DNA from: the human T2T-CHM13v2.0 reference genome, Homo sapiens
Assembly (NCBI RefSeq): GCF_009914755.1
Contig: NC_060934.1
DNA: 64,000 bases
Strand: one strand, 5' to 3'
In this document: piece by piece, positions 29,158-45,220 of the stretch
How positions within the stretch are numbered: the stretch's first letter is position 1
Layout of the letters: every line of letters begins with the position of its first letter
Notes under the pieces: generated by a model
Told to the model about the DNA's origin: nothing
Databases searched by the model: none
What the model saw: only the letters and a program-made list of their open reading frames with translations
Made by a program: the position numbers and the translations under genes

Positions 29158-29861
29158 GCCCTGCAGAAAATGCCAACACACACCACAGGTGCTAATCCAA
29201 TTCCAGGCGCTGGGAGGATGAGACAGGGAAGGGCAGGGCTAGTGATTCCTTAGTGCAGCAATCTCAGAGAGTGGCAGAGATTTGCACTCACAATTTGTAA
29301 TATATTACCTAAATCTTAAATAACTCTCAAGAGGGACTGCTAAGGAGAGTGGGGATTTAACTAGTTTTAGGTACATCAATAAGAAATTGCTCCCAGCTGT
29401 AGACTTAAATATAGCGAGTGGAAATTTTACACCCCCGTGCCAAAGATATTCCAAGAATTTGCCTCACCAAAGAAACACTGAAAACTACAGAAGGTTCTAG
29501 GCTCCTATCAGAATGGTCAAGGAAAAGATTCTGGGTGTTACGCTGGAGCAGGGAAAACATTAGTACTGAAAGGCATTAGCAAGAATATACTAGAGTTAAG
29601 AACAGTTGGGAAGGGTTTGGTGTTGTCAGTCGCCTTGGATTTGTGGTGATGGCAGGACCGGCATGGCAGCTGCTGCTCAGAGCACCTGACCTACAAGAAG
29701 CATAACTGCACCTCCTCCTTTAGTATAATTTTAGCGCTTTTTTTTGTTTTTGTTTATATTTATATATAATATAATATTGATATACTGCTTGTGTGTTTTA
29801 TAATATATTTTTGGCTTTCAATCATCACCAATAAGTTTTGCTGGCATCAACATCTTACTTT

Positions 29862-30054
29862 TTTAACTTTTTAAATTTTTATTTATTTACTATTATTATT
29901 ATTTTTGAGACAAGGTCTCACTGTGTCACCCAGGCTGGAGTAGGAGTATCACAATAACAGCTCGCTGCACCCTCCAACTCCTGGGCTCAAGTGATCCTCC
30001 CATCTCAGCCTCCCAAGTAGCTGGGACCACAGGCGTAAGCCACCACATCCAGCC
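29862..30054 (-). mobile_element. Alu right monomer (FRAM/AluJ)
   Basis: Antisense monomer with a T-rich tail. Confidence 0.85.
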
Positions 30055-32339
30055 AATATCTTGTTTAGAAAAACAATTTTCACTTTGCCATATTGAAAAC
30101 ATTGTTTCCAAGAAAAACAATTCTTAGAATTATCCTAATTTTCTGTGCATAGGGAAGATGAAGCTGGGGTAAGCTGGGGTACACGTGGAGATCGGAAGAG
30201 GAGAAGATGACGTCTCTGGGTATGGGGACCACACCTTGACCCTGGCTGATTGTCCAGTGAGCTGGGCTGGGGGCATCACTGTCTCCAGAAGCAGGAGGGC
30301 GAACTGCACTTTCAGTCAGCAATTAAGCCTTAAATATCTGCTGTTGAAAGAAAAGCGGATTCTGATTTTTGCCACTGGGTGTCAATTACTATTTGTTAAG
30401 ATTCTGAAGTAGTGGCTTTCTCACAGGCTCTAAACCCACCTCTATAAGAAACTATCAAGAACTCTGAAACCCTTTGTCTTTGAAAATTCAGACATTTATC
30501 TACTTTTAAAATGAGCTCATAAGTAACAACTGTTACGCCTAAGTGTCTATCTGTAAGAGCTGAAAAGTATTCCTGAGCTGAGAACTGCAGAACGTAGTTA
30601 ATTATGCACATTCATATCATCTACTTAGGACACTGAAGAAGAGAAGGAATTCTAGCATGTTCTGAGGAACAAGGGATCTCTGAAGTTGCCCGCAGAATAA
30701 AAGTGAGCCTAATAAATAACACCTACTGAAAGGAAGAACACAAAGACACAATTACCACAAAAAAATGATATTACAAATATAGGGAAGGTGGAATTTTAAA
30801 TATAAATAAAATACTGAAACACAGAACTGGCAGCAGATGTCAGTTTGAAATTAAACTTTCAGCTTTATGACAAGGAATAGTCCACCCTTGACTTATATAT
30901 CTTAGTATTCAAAGGCAAAAATAAATAGAATATTCAATTACTGTTACACTGTAACTTTTCAGAGCACTCTCTTGACAATATGAGAATGAAAAAAAATATT
31001 TTTTTAAATCGAGGGAAGAGTGAATGTCTGTAAACAAGGCTCTTTTTCCAAAACATTTATTAAGCTGAACTATTATTACGCATGCTTCATTTTAAACCAG
31101 GACTTCATTAGTAAATGGGGTTGCACCCCATTACCAAATACATTTGAAAACTGGGGAAAACAAGGGCAGGGGTTCAAGAGCCATCAGTAAGTCCTGGGGG
31201 TACCAGCAGTAAAGAGTTATAAAGAGCCTCTAACACAGGAGACAATGCTACTGCCATAGACCTGCAGTTACAGATCTGAACACTCAGATTCGGCATATCT
31301 TGGCAAAGCATTCCCAAGACTGAAAGCCCAAGCCCCTCAGCACCATGAAGGATGGCCTTCCAGAGTCCAGCCCCTACCCACCCTGCCCTTGATGGTCCAG
31401 AACTGCACACACAGAACCCTGCCCCAGCCTCTGCCAGTGTGGATACCTCTCCCAACACCAGGAATATCCCTGCGCCTTCCCCTGCAGCTAAACTGACCCA
31501 ATCAACACAAGGGTCATGCCTGAAAGCGTTCCCCATTCTCTACAACCATCACCCGTCTCTCCCCACACTCCCCCAAACAAAACAAAACCCACAAGCAACC
31601 GCATCCCCACTTCCGTCATCAGCACATTCCGAAGATGACTCCATCATAACTCTTAGCGTAAGTATGGCTTGGAATTTTCATCGCTGTCACCTAATCCCTT
31701 CATAAACTCTAAAACTCATCTTACTCAGCACCAGACACATGAGGGTTAAACAAATGATAGCTAACCCTCACTTCAGCCAGACCCGATTCCACGGCTCTCT
31801 CCACCGTCCAAAATGATTAAATCACTCAGCTTTAAATACAGACATAAATCAATAAAATGTATATGAACAGTTCAATTCCACTCATTGGAAGATTATGACA
31901 GAACAGGCATTTATAATTAGAATTCAGACTGCCGGCATGGAACTGAGAAACATAACCCCTACTAAATCTTTCTTAAGAGACAACTCAGACTAGGAATGTT
32001 GTTATCTTCAAGTATTTGAATGAACCAAGTCTACATAAAATTCAACTTTAAAATTTTACTTTATGACCTCATTCAAATTAATGTCAGGAAAAAAATAGCC
32101 AACAACTGAAGAGATTCTCTCATTTTACTTTCATAATTCGAATGACCTTATGTGGGCTTACTTGGTTACTCTGCAGGTTCAGAAGTCCAGATCACAGACA
32201 GTAAGACCCACATTCAACCTGAGGTCTACAAGACAGCAATGCCCTTTCTTTCCACTACAACATGTTCATGAAATCATATTAAAGCCATGTTTTAAATTTA
32301 CTATGGCATAACTAAATTTTCCTTTTAATAAAAGGCCTT

Positions 32340-33010
<671 letters not shown>

Positions 33011-33242
33011 TTCAGAGCAGGACCTTAAGCCAAGGAAAGGGAGGTAAGGGGACTGACTGACCCAGATACAGGCACTAAGGAACAGACTGAAAATCTGAAA
33101 ACAATTAGTCTGAAAATTAGTCTTGTTTTTATGATCACCACATACTAGCAATTTCAAACAATGTCACAGATGAAAGACTCCTCCCCAAACAGTATCATTT
33201 TATTCATGTAAGTTCTAAATACTTGGTAGGGCTACCATCAAG

Positions 33243-33570
33243 TTTTGTTTTTGTTTTAATATTTTGAGACAGATTCTTGCTCTGTTGCTCAGGCTGGAGT
33301 GCAGTGGCACCATCACGGCTTACTGCAGGCTTGACCTCTCAAGCTCAAGTGATAATTCCCACCTCAGCCTCCCAAGCAGCTGAGACCACAAGCACGTGCC
33401 ACCATGCCCGCCCATTTTTTTAATTTTTTTTTTTTTTTTTTTTTTTTTTTGTAGAAATGGGGTCTCACTATTGTTGCCCAGGCTAGTCTCAAACTCCTGA
33501 ACTCAAGCAATCCTCCTGCATCGGTCTCCCAAAGTGCACGCATTACAGGCGTGAGCCATTGTGCCAAGCC
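33243..33570 (-). mobile_element. AluJ
   Basis: Antisense Alu with an expanded middle T tract. Confidence 0.9.
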
Positions 33571-33598
33571 TAAATTTTAATTTCAATTTAAAATTCAA

Positions 33599-33927
33599 GG
33601 CCAGGCACAGCGGCTCACCCTTGTAATCCTAATGCTTTGGGAGGCAAAGGCAGGAGAAGGATCACGCCTGAGGGCCAGGAGTTTGAGACCAGCCTGGGCA
33701 ACACAGCAAGACTCTTATCTCTACAAAGAAAAAAAAAAAAAAAAGCAAAAATTAGCACCAAGTATAGTGGCAGGGGCCTGTGGTCCCAGCTACTCAAAAG
33801 GCTAAGGCAGGAGGATCTTGAGTCCAGGAGTTCAAGGCTGCAGTGAGCTATAAGTGCGCCACTGCACTCTACCTTGGATGACAAAGTGAGAACCCGTCGT
33901 TCATTCATTCATGAATAAATAAGTAAA
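33599..33927 (+). mobile_element. AluJ
   Basis: Sense Alu; TSD taaaattcaa. Confidence 0.9.
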
Positions 33928-33939
33928 TAAAATTCAAAT

Positions 33940-34952
33940 TAGCATATTAGGTTACATGACACAAATGTAACTAGTTATTTATGCTTTAGTGAACATTATT
34001 TTTCACATGGAAGTTAATTCAGAAAACTCATTATAGAGCGGCCCACCCCACAGGTATCGAGTCACAGATTCATTTCAGGTAAGCTCCTAAGAGTTGAGAA
34101 CCATTCAAGCTTGCCCTAAGCACAGCTTGTTTCTCCAATCCCTGTGGCACTATGGAATCCTTCAGTTTCCGACTACATTTGAAATTCATTAAATATCATT
34201 AAAAAATGATAGCAAAGTTTATTGCAATGATAAAGAAATACAACTTATTTCCATTCTGTCATTCTACATGGGCCCTTGGACTTTTTATGTGTGCTTAAAA
34301 TTTTCAGCTATGGAGACATCATTTGAAACTCACTAGTTTAATCCCCAGAAGCGGGAAAAAATTGCAATTCCTGGAATTTACTGTGAAATGAGATGTTTAT
34401 GAAACTCAGGCAAAATTATCTTTTATCTGTAAGACGTTTCCTAATTACTTGTATAGAGATTGTTCCTTTATGTGAAAGAAATTTTTCAAGATTAAAATTA
34501 TAAAAAAAAGAAGTGTACTTTGTCGAACTATAAGCAACAAAGATATTGACAAATCTCACTCTACTGTCTTACTGAACACGAATATATGGCAGAGATAAAT
34601 TCTGAGAAAGTCGCTGATAAATTTGCAGAAGACTCAAAAGAGAAACTGCAACGCTGTTATTCATTACTGGACAGATCAATATATGTTTACACTTTTCACT
34701 TTTCAAAAAAAATTTCAATGTTACTAAAAACTATTAGTCCATTTCTTTTTTTCCTTCTTAATATTTATTTTTAACTGATAGAATTAAATATTGTAGATCC
34801 ACTAATGGAAAACTTTCACTGAATTTCTCTTCTGGTGATTATTATTATATGTTTCCTGCTCTAATTATGAATGAAAATACAAAATTTGTTGTATACTAGG
34901 GTGGTGTAAAAATAATCCATGCTGGATGTCAACTACACTAGGTATGCCACTG
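33940..34952 (+). mobile_element. hAT-Tip100 DNA transposon relic (Arthur1-like); left end possibly near 33018
   Basis: Degenerate translation CERNFSRLKL..LTNL..EHEY..INSEKVADKFAE matches the hAT C-terminal dimerisation domain; terminus ..ctaggtatgccactg. Confidence 0.75.
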
Positions 34953-35320
34953 ATAAGAAACAGCCCCAAAATGAAAATACTCTTAAATGTCCATCAGCAC
35001 TAGAATGGAGTAAAAAAGAAAATTGTGGAAAAATCATACGACAAAATACTGCACAAGATGGACTACTGTTACACTCAACAACACAGATGAATCTCACAGA
35101 TGTAATATGAGAAAAGCAGCCAGCAATGAGAGAATGTATAATGTACATATGTATAATCTATGGTGTGAACATCGGGCAGGATATTGACTGGGAAGGCCAC
35201 AGGCGAGCCTTCTGGATACAGAAAGTGTTCTGTATCTTCATGTGCGTGAAAGTTACATAGGTTCATAGACATGTAAAAACTTCTCAAGCCTTCACTATAT
35301 ATCCTCTTGAATTTTTTTTA
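34953..35320 (+). mobile_element. L1ME-like 3' fragment
   Basis: aaatgtccatcagcactagaatgg..caacacagatgaatctcacaga..ttgactgggaagg..gagccttctgg. Confidence 0.75.
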
Positions 35321-37141
35321 AAGGCCTCTACTGCCCACGTAGGCACACAATTAACAGAAAGCAAAACTGAGGTCCAAAAAATGTCAAATGTGTATGTAAC
35401 ATCATTAGTACTTAAAAGTTATTATAGATAGTTAACAATAGTTGACACATAATAGTGCTGTGGTTTTGAAATTTCAAAATGTAATTATGTTCTATCCTTT
35501 GGAGTGATAGTTTGGTAGAGAGCGATTAAGGGAAAGAAGAAAGTACAGTCAAGTCCTGGAGCAGTGGACAGCTGTCAAAATTAACAGACATGAGGGAGTA
35601 TACCAGAAAAATAAATGTGGTGCTTAGAAAATTACCCCTGGCTGACAGGTTGTCAAAATGTCCCAGAATGAAGCAATAGTGCCTTGGTGGGCTGCAAGTT
35701 TAAATCAGAACCACCTGCCTGGTGCTCCGCAGCTCTGGTGTTAAGTTGTGTCCTTGTGTCCCTTAAGAGCTCATCTCTGTCCCTGATGGCATCTGCCCTT
35801 GGCACAGAAGACTTGATACATTCCAAGAGCCCCAGGGGTTAATGTTCTTTGCCCAATGACATTATTAACTTGCCTAAATTCAATCTGCAAAGATTGTCTC
35901 TTCTGCCTAATTTGTTCCAAAATAATGTGAAGAGGAAGACAAACAGTCACGGAACACATTGAACAAGAGATGCTGAATTCAGGATGGAACATTTCATCTT
36001 TTGTTTGGGCAAAGGGGTTTCCAAGTCAATCAGAGTTCAATATGCAGACTAGAACCTTGATTAGGAACTCCAAACGACTCATTTCTTTGCCATGATCTTT
36101 AGAACCAGAGGCAAGTAATAGTACGTGAGGCCATAATATTCATCCCAACATATTAGACAGGGAGTAGAAGGATCAGAGGAGGCAGAAAATGAGCACAGAA
36201 TGAAAACAGAAAAACTGTACCAGAAAACATTAAATTTGCATGTGGTACTCACAGCAAAAAGAAAAAGATGGGCAGGCAGTAAGTTGGTTTAGGCCACTGC
36301 CCTGAGCTCAATGACAGACAGCAACCAAGGGCACAGTACACAGAGAAAACTGTCCGACACGCAGCCAATCCCTCCATAACCAGATCCTGGAGTAAGGCGG
36401 TGACGGTCAAAGGTGTCTTCAGTCCCAGGTGCGTCCAGGAACAAGAAATTTAAAAACCATCCAGTTTTCCCCCCAAAACCTGCTACCTTAAAATCCTCTT
36501 AAGAAGTGAGTAAATCCCCTCAGGCCACAAAACAGGGACCAAAAGCAAGGGCAAATGTCCGAGTGAAACAAACTGCAACCCATCAGTCAACAAGTACAAC
36601 TAATTTCTTGTTAGTCTTCCCAGTTTTCGGAGGAGAAGGAAACTGGGTATGAGATGGTTAATACCAAGTGTCAACTTGATTGGATTGAGGGATGCGAAGT
36701 ATGAACCCTGGGTGTGTCTGTGTGGGTGTTGCCAAAAGAGATAAACATTTGACTCTGAGCTGGGGAAGGCAGATCCACTCTTAATATGGTGGGCGAAATG
36801 TAGTCAGCTTCCAACAAATTTAAAGCAGGCAGAAAAACATGAAAAGGAGAGACAGGCCTAGCCTCCCAGCCCACATCTTTCTCCCATGCTGGATGCTTCC
36901 TCCCCTCAAATATCAGACTCCAAGATCTTCCGTTTTGGGACTCTGGCTCTCCTTGCTCCTCAGCTTGCAGATGGCCTATTATGGGACTTTGTGATCGTGT
37001 AAGTTAATATTTAATAAACTCTCCTTTATTTATATATATATAAAGATATATAAAATATATATAAAGATATATATGATACATAAAGATGTATATGATATAT
37101 AAAATATATAGAGATCCTATTAGTTCTATATTACATATATA

Positions 37142-37964
<823 letters not shown>

Positions 37965-37966
<2 letters not shown>

Positions 37967-38523
37967 ATATATATATATCTCCTATATATATCTCCTATAT
38001 ATATATATATATATATATATATCTCCTATATATATATATATCTCCTATATATATCTCCTATATATATATATCTCCTATATATATATCTCCTATATATATA
38101 TATCTCCTATATATATATATCTCCTATATATATATCTCCTATATATATATATCTCCTATATATATATATCTCCTATATATATATATCTCCTATATATATA
38201 TATCTCCTATATATATATCTCCTATATATATATATATCTCCTATATATATATCTCCTATATATATATATCTCCTATATATATATCTCCTATATATATATA
38301 TCTCCTATATATATATATCTCCTATATATATATCTCCTATATATATATCTCCTATATATATATCTCCTATATATATATCTCCTATATATATATCTCCTAT
38401 ATATATATCTCCTATATATATATATCTCCTATATATATATATCTCCTATATCTATATCTCCTATATATATATATCTCCTATATCTATATCTCCTATATAT
38501 ATATATCTTCTATATATATATAT
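37965..38523. repeat. Compound microsatellite [(TA)n-TCTCC] x ~32
   Basis: About 560 bp of TA runs punctuated by CTCC. Confidence 0.97.
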
Positions 38524-38619
38524 GAGGAAAAACTCCCCTTTATATAGATATATCCTATTAGTTCTTTATATATATACAGAACTACATATATCTATATTAC
38601 TATACATATATAAAGGGAA

Positions 38620-38620
<1 letters not shown>

Positions 38621-38671
<51 letters not shown>
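38621..38671. repeat. (TG)~25 microsatellite
   Basis: Perfect TG run. Confidence 0.98.
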
Positions 38672-38673
<2 letters not shown>

Positions 38674-38962
38674 TTCTGTCCCTTTAATAGAACCCTGACT
38701 AAAACAGCGTATGTCTACAGATGTGTGCAGGTGTGTACAGTCACGTGCTCCGGGTGCAGAGAAAGGCAGTATAGGCACCACAAACTCAGGCAGAGTCACC
38801 CAGAGGAGGAGAAAGATGAGGCTGGAGGCAAGTGGAAAAATCATGCCTGCCGGATCCAGTTCCCCTCCTCAAATCTGCATGCTGTGGAGCATGATTTTCA
38901 AAGATTTCTTTTGGTTGGTTGGTTTTTTCTGGGACTTGGAAAATAAAGAAGCTACATTTTTA

Positions 38963-39127
<165 letters not shown>

Positions 39128-39146
39128 CTATCAATAAGACAGCTCT

Positions 39147-39571
<425 letters not shown>

Positions 39572-40317
39572 CTAAGTTCCTGGAAAACTAGTACCAAGTT
39601 TTCTTCACCTTACAGATTTCGAAACTGACAGAGCTTCACCCTATCCCACCCACAAAGTCATTACTCAAGACCCATTAAAAGTGTAAGAAATTCCGGCATT
39701 TTACAGATAAATGCACAACACAGGCAATATGTATTTGCAAACAACCCTCCAGGGTACACACAAATATGCTAAAAAATGCAGTATTTCACAGACATATCAG
39801 AAATAAGAAGATGACAACCTCCTCAAGATGAGGCTTAAATGATGGATTTTGTGCCAACAATAGGAATTCTTAATGCATAACAGCTAGAAGAGCCACTGAA
39901 TAATTAAGTAACTTCCTGGGATAGTGGGAGGGAAAAGAGTGCAAATGTAGAATGAATGGATTTAAAAAAAGGGATATTCTGTGTTTTGTACAAATTCTAA
40001 TAATTACACAAATTCCAAATGACAGCTACCCTAGGTGATATCTGTTCACATGATCCTTTTTCTGTTGCAAATATGTTGGTAAAAGGCAGGAAAAGGTAAG
40101 TCCATCCTTTGGCACCTATAAGATACTTCTGTTTGCATCATGGACACACTCCTGTGAGCTCAGTCTGCAGTCTGTGGAAGGACCAACGAAAACTTTAAAG
40201 ATCTAGAATGTTTAGGGCTAAGTCAACTCCCACGCCATTCTGTTGTCTCATATTAGAATTAAGAACCAAAGCTTTGTGAGAAACATTTAGGTGCTTTTCT
40301 TTCACCTAACATCAGAT

Positions 40318-40492
40318 CAGAGCAGGCTTTGTGGATACCACCCACCCTGGCATCAGCACAGATCTCCCATTTATGTATTTATTTATTTATTTTGAAGCTC
40401 TGTTGTCAATGTCTTGAAATTCTTAATTTTTGAACAAAGTGCCCTGCACTTTCATTCTGCACTGTGTCCTGCAAATCATGCAGCCAGCCCTG
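40318..40492. mobile_element. MER91-like hAT-Tip100 MITE
   Basis: gtcttgaaattctta..tttgaacaaag..gccctgcactttcattctgcactg..gcaaatcatgcagccagccctg. Confidence 0.65.
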
Positions 40493-40871
40493 AGTAATCC
40501 TGAGGAAGAGTCTTGTTTGTTCTTAGGGGCTCACTCCTCTTGCTGGCTGCTCTCCAAACTCTTCCACATACTGACATGTGTCAAGCCTCTCAATGCTGCA
40601 CGGTCCCAGCACAGGATGCTGCAGCCATCAGAGCAGGGGATTTCAGTTCTTCTGAATTCCATGCTGGTAAAACATACTAGAATTAAAATAGACTGACAGC
40701 CACCCACAACCGTTTCTCCATGATTTCTGCCTCGCTCTTCCACAATTACTACCCGCACCCATAGATTCTTGACAACGTATATAGCGTAAGAGATAATACA
40801 AACGTTGGGAAAGATGGAAATCATTGTATTCTCCATTACATATATTTAAAAAGGACAAAAAACCTTCCTAG

Positions 40872-41462
<591 letters not shown>

Positions 41463-42006
41463 CTCTCAACTGACTAGATAACCCCTGTTAACAGATGCAT
41501 CAAAAGGCCCAGAACATTTAAAAAATCTTTACAATCCTAAGATTCCAGGAATGAATAAGTCATTCATAATTCGACTAATTTTGGACTCAAGTCAGTATTT
41601 CCTCTAAAGCAATGGCATAGACATCTTTAAAACTAACAATTCTATTTAAAATTTAGAATCCCCAGGTACATTTTCAACTCAGTTATTTTTGTCAATTAAT
41701 TATGAGTCTAAAATTAATTAATATTCACACAACATTAAAATAAGATTCCTCTGTCAAAAGCAGGCCAAAATTATCACCAGTAGATAAATATAAGCTCCAA
41801 TAATTTAGCATGAGAAAGTCTGTAGGGCAGGTTTTGTAAAAATGGAAATTTCAAACAATGCAAGGCAAACACCACCAATCTCAATACTGTCAAGACTGTG
41901 TGGATACTGAAACCTGCTCTTAGAAGTATACCACACTCCTGAGATACAGAGCCAGTTGGTTAAGGAGCGTAAGAAGAGATCGAGGTCTTGAGTACTTACT
42001 TCCCTC

Positions 42007-42276
42007 TTTTTGTTTGTTTAGAGACAAGGTCTCCCTTTGTCACCCAGACTGGAGTGCAGGGGCACAATCATAGCTCGCTGTATTCCTGAACTCCTGGACT
42101 CCAGTGATCCTCCCGTCTCAGCCTCCATAGTAGCTAGGGCTATCTAGCCACCATGTCCTGTTATTTTTATCTTTTGTTTTGTCGAGACAAAACAAAAAAC
42201 CTGTTGTGCAGGCTGGTCTCAAACTCCTGGCCTCAAGCAATTCTCCCACTTCAACCTCCCAAAGTGCGCCCAGCCT
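42007..42276 (-). mobile_element. AluJ (degenerate)
   Basis: Antisense Alu with deletions. Confidence 0.85.
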
Positions 42277-44255
42277 CTTACTTCACTCTCTTGATCGTGT
42301 TTTTAAAACCAGCAGAAATTAGCAGAATGTTACAAAGTGCTAGGCAATAAACTATGAGACGAGAAAAATCATTTGACATTACCGTCAGAAAGGCTGGGAA
42401 ACCTTCTGCAGAATTATTTTTATTAAGAGTAGTGAAATTTCTAGCTAGTGGAAATATACCAAAACTTAGGCGGAGGCCAACTGTTTCAAAGTTCAGAATT
42501 TTATACCAAAGGGGCCTTTTATTGAAGCTCTGGTTATTCATGATAGATTCATCCACATCTACTCTAATCTCTGGTAGTATATTCCTACACTATTTAAAGT
42601 GCATTCTATTGGCAACGACTGGAAGTAATATTAAATATATCGGCTAGGGCATGTGGCAAGAAGGATGAGAGTCATTAAACTCTCCTGAAGTTCCAATCAA
42701 TAATCCAGGTACCTAGCAAACCATCCAGGGAACGTGAAAGTTGCTGAATGCTCTTGATTAGGAGGCCACCGATACAGCTATTATCATAAGAAATGCTCTG
42801 ATACATACAAAGAAAAACTGTCACTACATTCTGTCACTGTTTAAAAAATTTAAAAATGCCAGTACTCATCAAGAATTGGTCGGACATTATGGGAACAGAA
42901 TACTCTAATATTAAACAGAAATCTAGGCTTAGAGCAGTTAGGAAGATGACCCAGTAACCCAAAAAGGGTTACGTGTGGACCTGAGTTAATCAAAGAAGGA
43001 AAAATAAGCATGCCTGTAACCAAGAATCAGTGTGAGGAAAATTCTCAGGAGCCAGTATGATCGTGGGTGAAATATGGAGTTCCTAGAATACGCTAGACAG
43101 ATTAGGAGTTTCCTTTTTTGAAATATATATATAATGTGGTTGCTGACAGCATTTTGTTTTATTTCAGTTTATAATCTTTATTGTTTCTGAGCAAAATTAA
43201 ACTGCTAAACATTGTGTATGTATGATTAACTAGTAGGTATACTCTAAGTTTTATAAAGTTTGATATGCAATAGAACAATTAGAAGTACCCACAGCTTTTG
43301 ATTACTGAAAATATACAAGACCTATTTATGTCTGTAAAGGGTGGTGTGTGGTGATGGGGAGAGGTGGGGGGGAGTTTGAAATTTTCAGCTCTTAATGATT
43401 TTAGAAAGTAAGCAGCTCCCAGGGAAATACATTCATGCAATGACAGAAAAAGTAAGTTGCTTTCTTTTCCTTTTTAAAAAATACCTAGTTGCTGAAAATA
43501 TTCTAGTCTTTGAACAGTTTAGCAGAGTTGAAACCGGTCTATGTTAACGATGCATTCCAAACTCAGTCCCAAAAATAGATGAAAATCATGCACCTTGAGT
43601 GAGGCAGAATAAGGGCCAGTTTATTCTTACATGTATTAATGCTTCAGTGCTCGGATAAAGGAAAACTGTGATGGCTGGTAAAATTAATTATAGCTTTCAA
43701 AGGTATTCTCTGTTTACTAGCTACTTCTACAACATAAGGTAACATACATATAAATAAATGTTTTCCATCACAACTTTGTACCTTTAGTATGACATTTTAG
43801 AAACATTTTAGCTGACTTAGTTTACTAACCCTTGGTTAGGCATTACCTAACCATGTACTATCCGAACTGGAAGGCAGAACAGATCAAAACCAAACCATCA
43901 AAAGGAACGCAGAGCATACACCAAGGAAGGCAAGGAAAAGACACATGCAGGAGTAATTTCGGGATTTTCTGATGCCTTTTAAATTTAATTTCAAATATGA
44001 CCAGAAAAATTAACTTGACAAATCACAAGATTAATACTATTTTAGAATCCCTTCCTTCTAGACTTCTCATAAGGCAAATCGGAATACAATTATAGGCTGT
44101 CTAGGAAAAAATCTGGATCTTGAACCAACCACAAAAATCCTGTTGACTCCTAAGGCCCCGTACGCAATTTTCCATAATGAAATGGGGACGGGAGAGAGCT
44201 AAAAACTGCTGAATTTATTTTCATCCACGTACATGAAGATGGGAAATAAATGTGA

Positions 44256-44584
<329 letters not shown>

Positions 44585-45009
44585 TGTGATACATTTCTAA
44601 TAAAGACACTGAAATGTAGTATGCATCTGTTCATGCAGTATATAACCTATACAGAAACATAACCATAGGCTAGAAATGTGTGTATTTAATTGTATGTTTA
44701 TGCCTAAGTGTTTGAAAGCTGTGTTTAATATGAAAAATAATAATAATTAAAAACAATTTTAACAAATCCTATTCCAAATATACCACCAAAATATTGAAAT
44801 ATACACACATTTTCCCTATCAGAGAGAAATTATTCTTTAGGAAGAGGACAACCATTTTGTTTTTAAAGCCTAATACAACGGAAGGTTAAAAAACACTTAG
44901 GAAAAAGAAAAAATAAAAAGTAGCTCTTTACCTACTTTTTCCAAAGGATCGATATGGACGTGTAAGATGACAATCGTGTGAGAGGCACAATGTCTGGTGC
45001 TCTACATGC

Positions 45010-45220
45010 ACAGTCCTAGCTCAGCTCCTTAGGAATTTCACCCAACTTTGGCAAAGCCATGTGAACCTTGATGATTAATTTCCTTATCTGGAAAACTGGG
45101 GCAACAATTCTTACCCTAGAGGGCTATAGTGAGGTTTTATGAGCTAATGGCTGCAGAAAGCTTCTTAATGCTGGTATATAGTACCAGACACAATGAATAA
45201 AAACCACTGTTGCTAGTCAT
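45010..45220 (+). mobile_element. MIR
   Basis: ctttggcaaagccatgtgaacctt..tttccttatctggaaaactgggg..gtgaggttttatgagctaatg. Confidence 0.7.
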
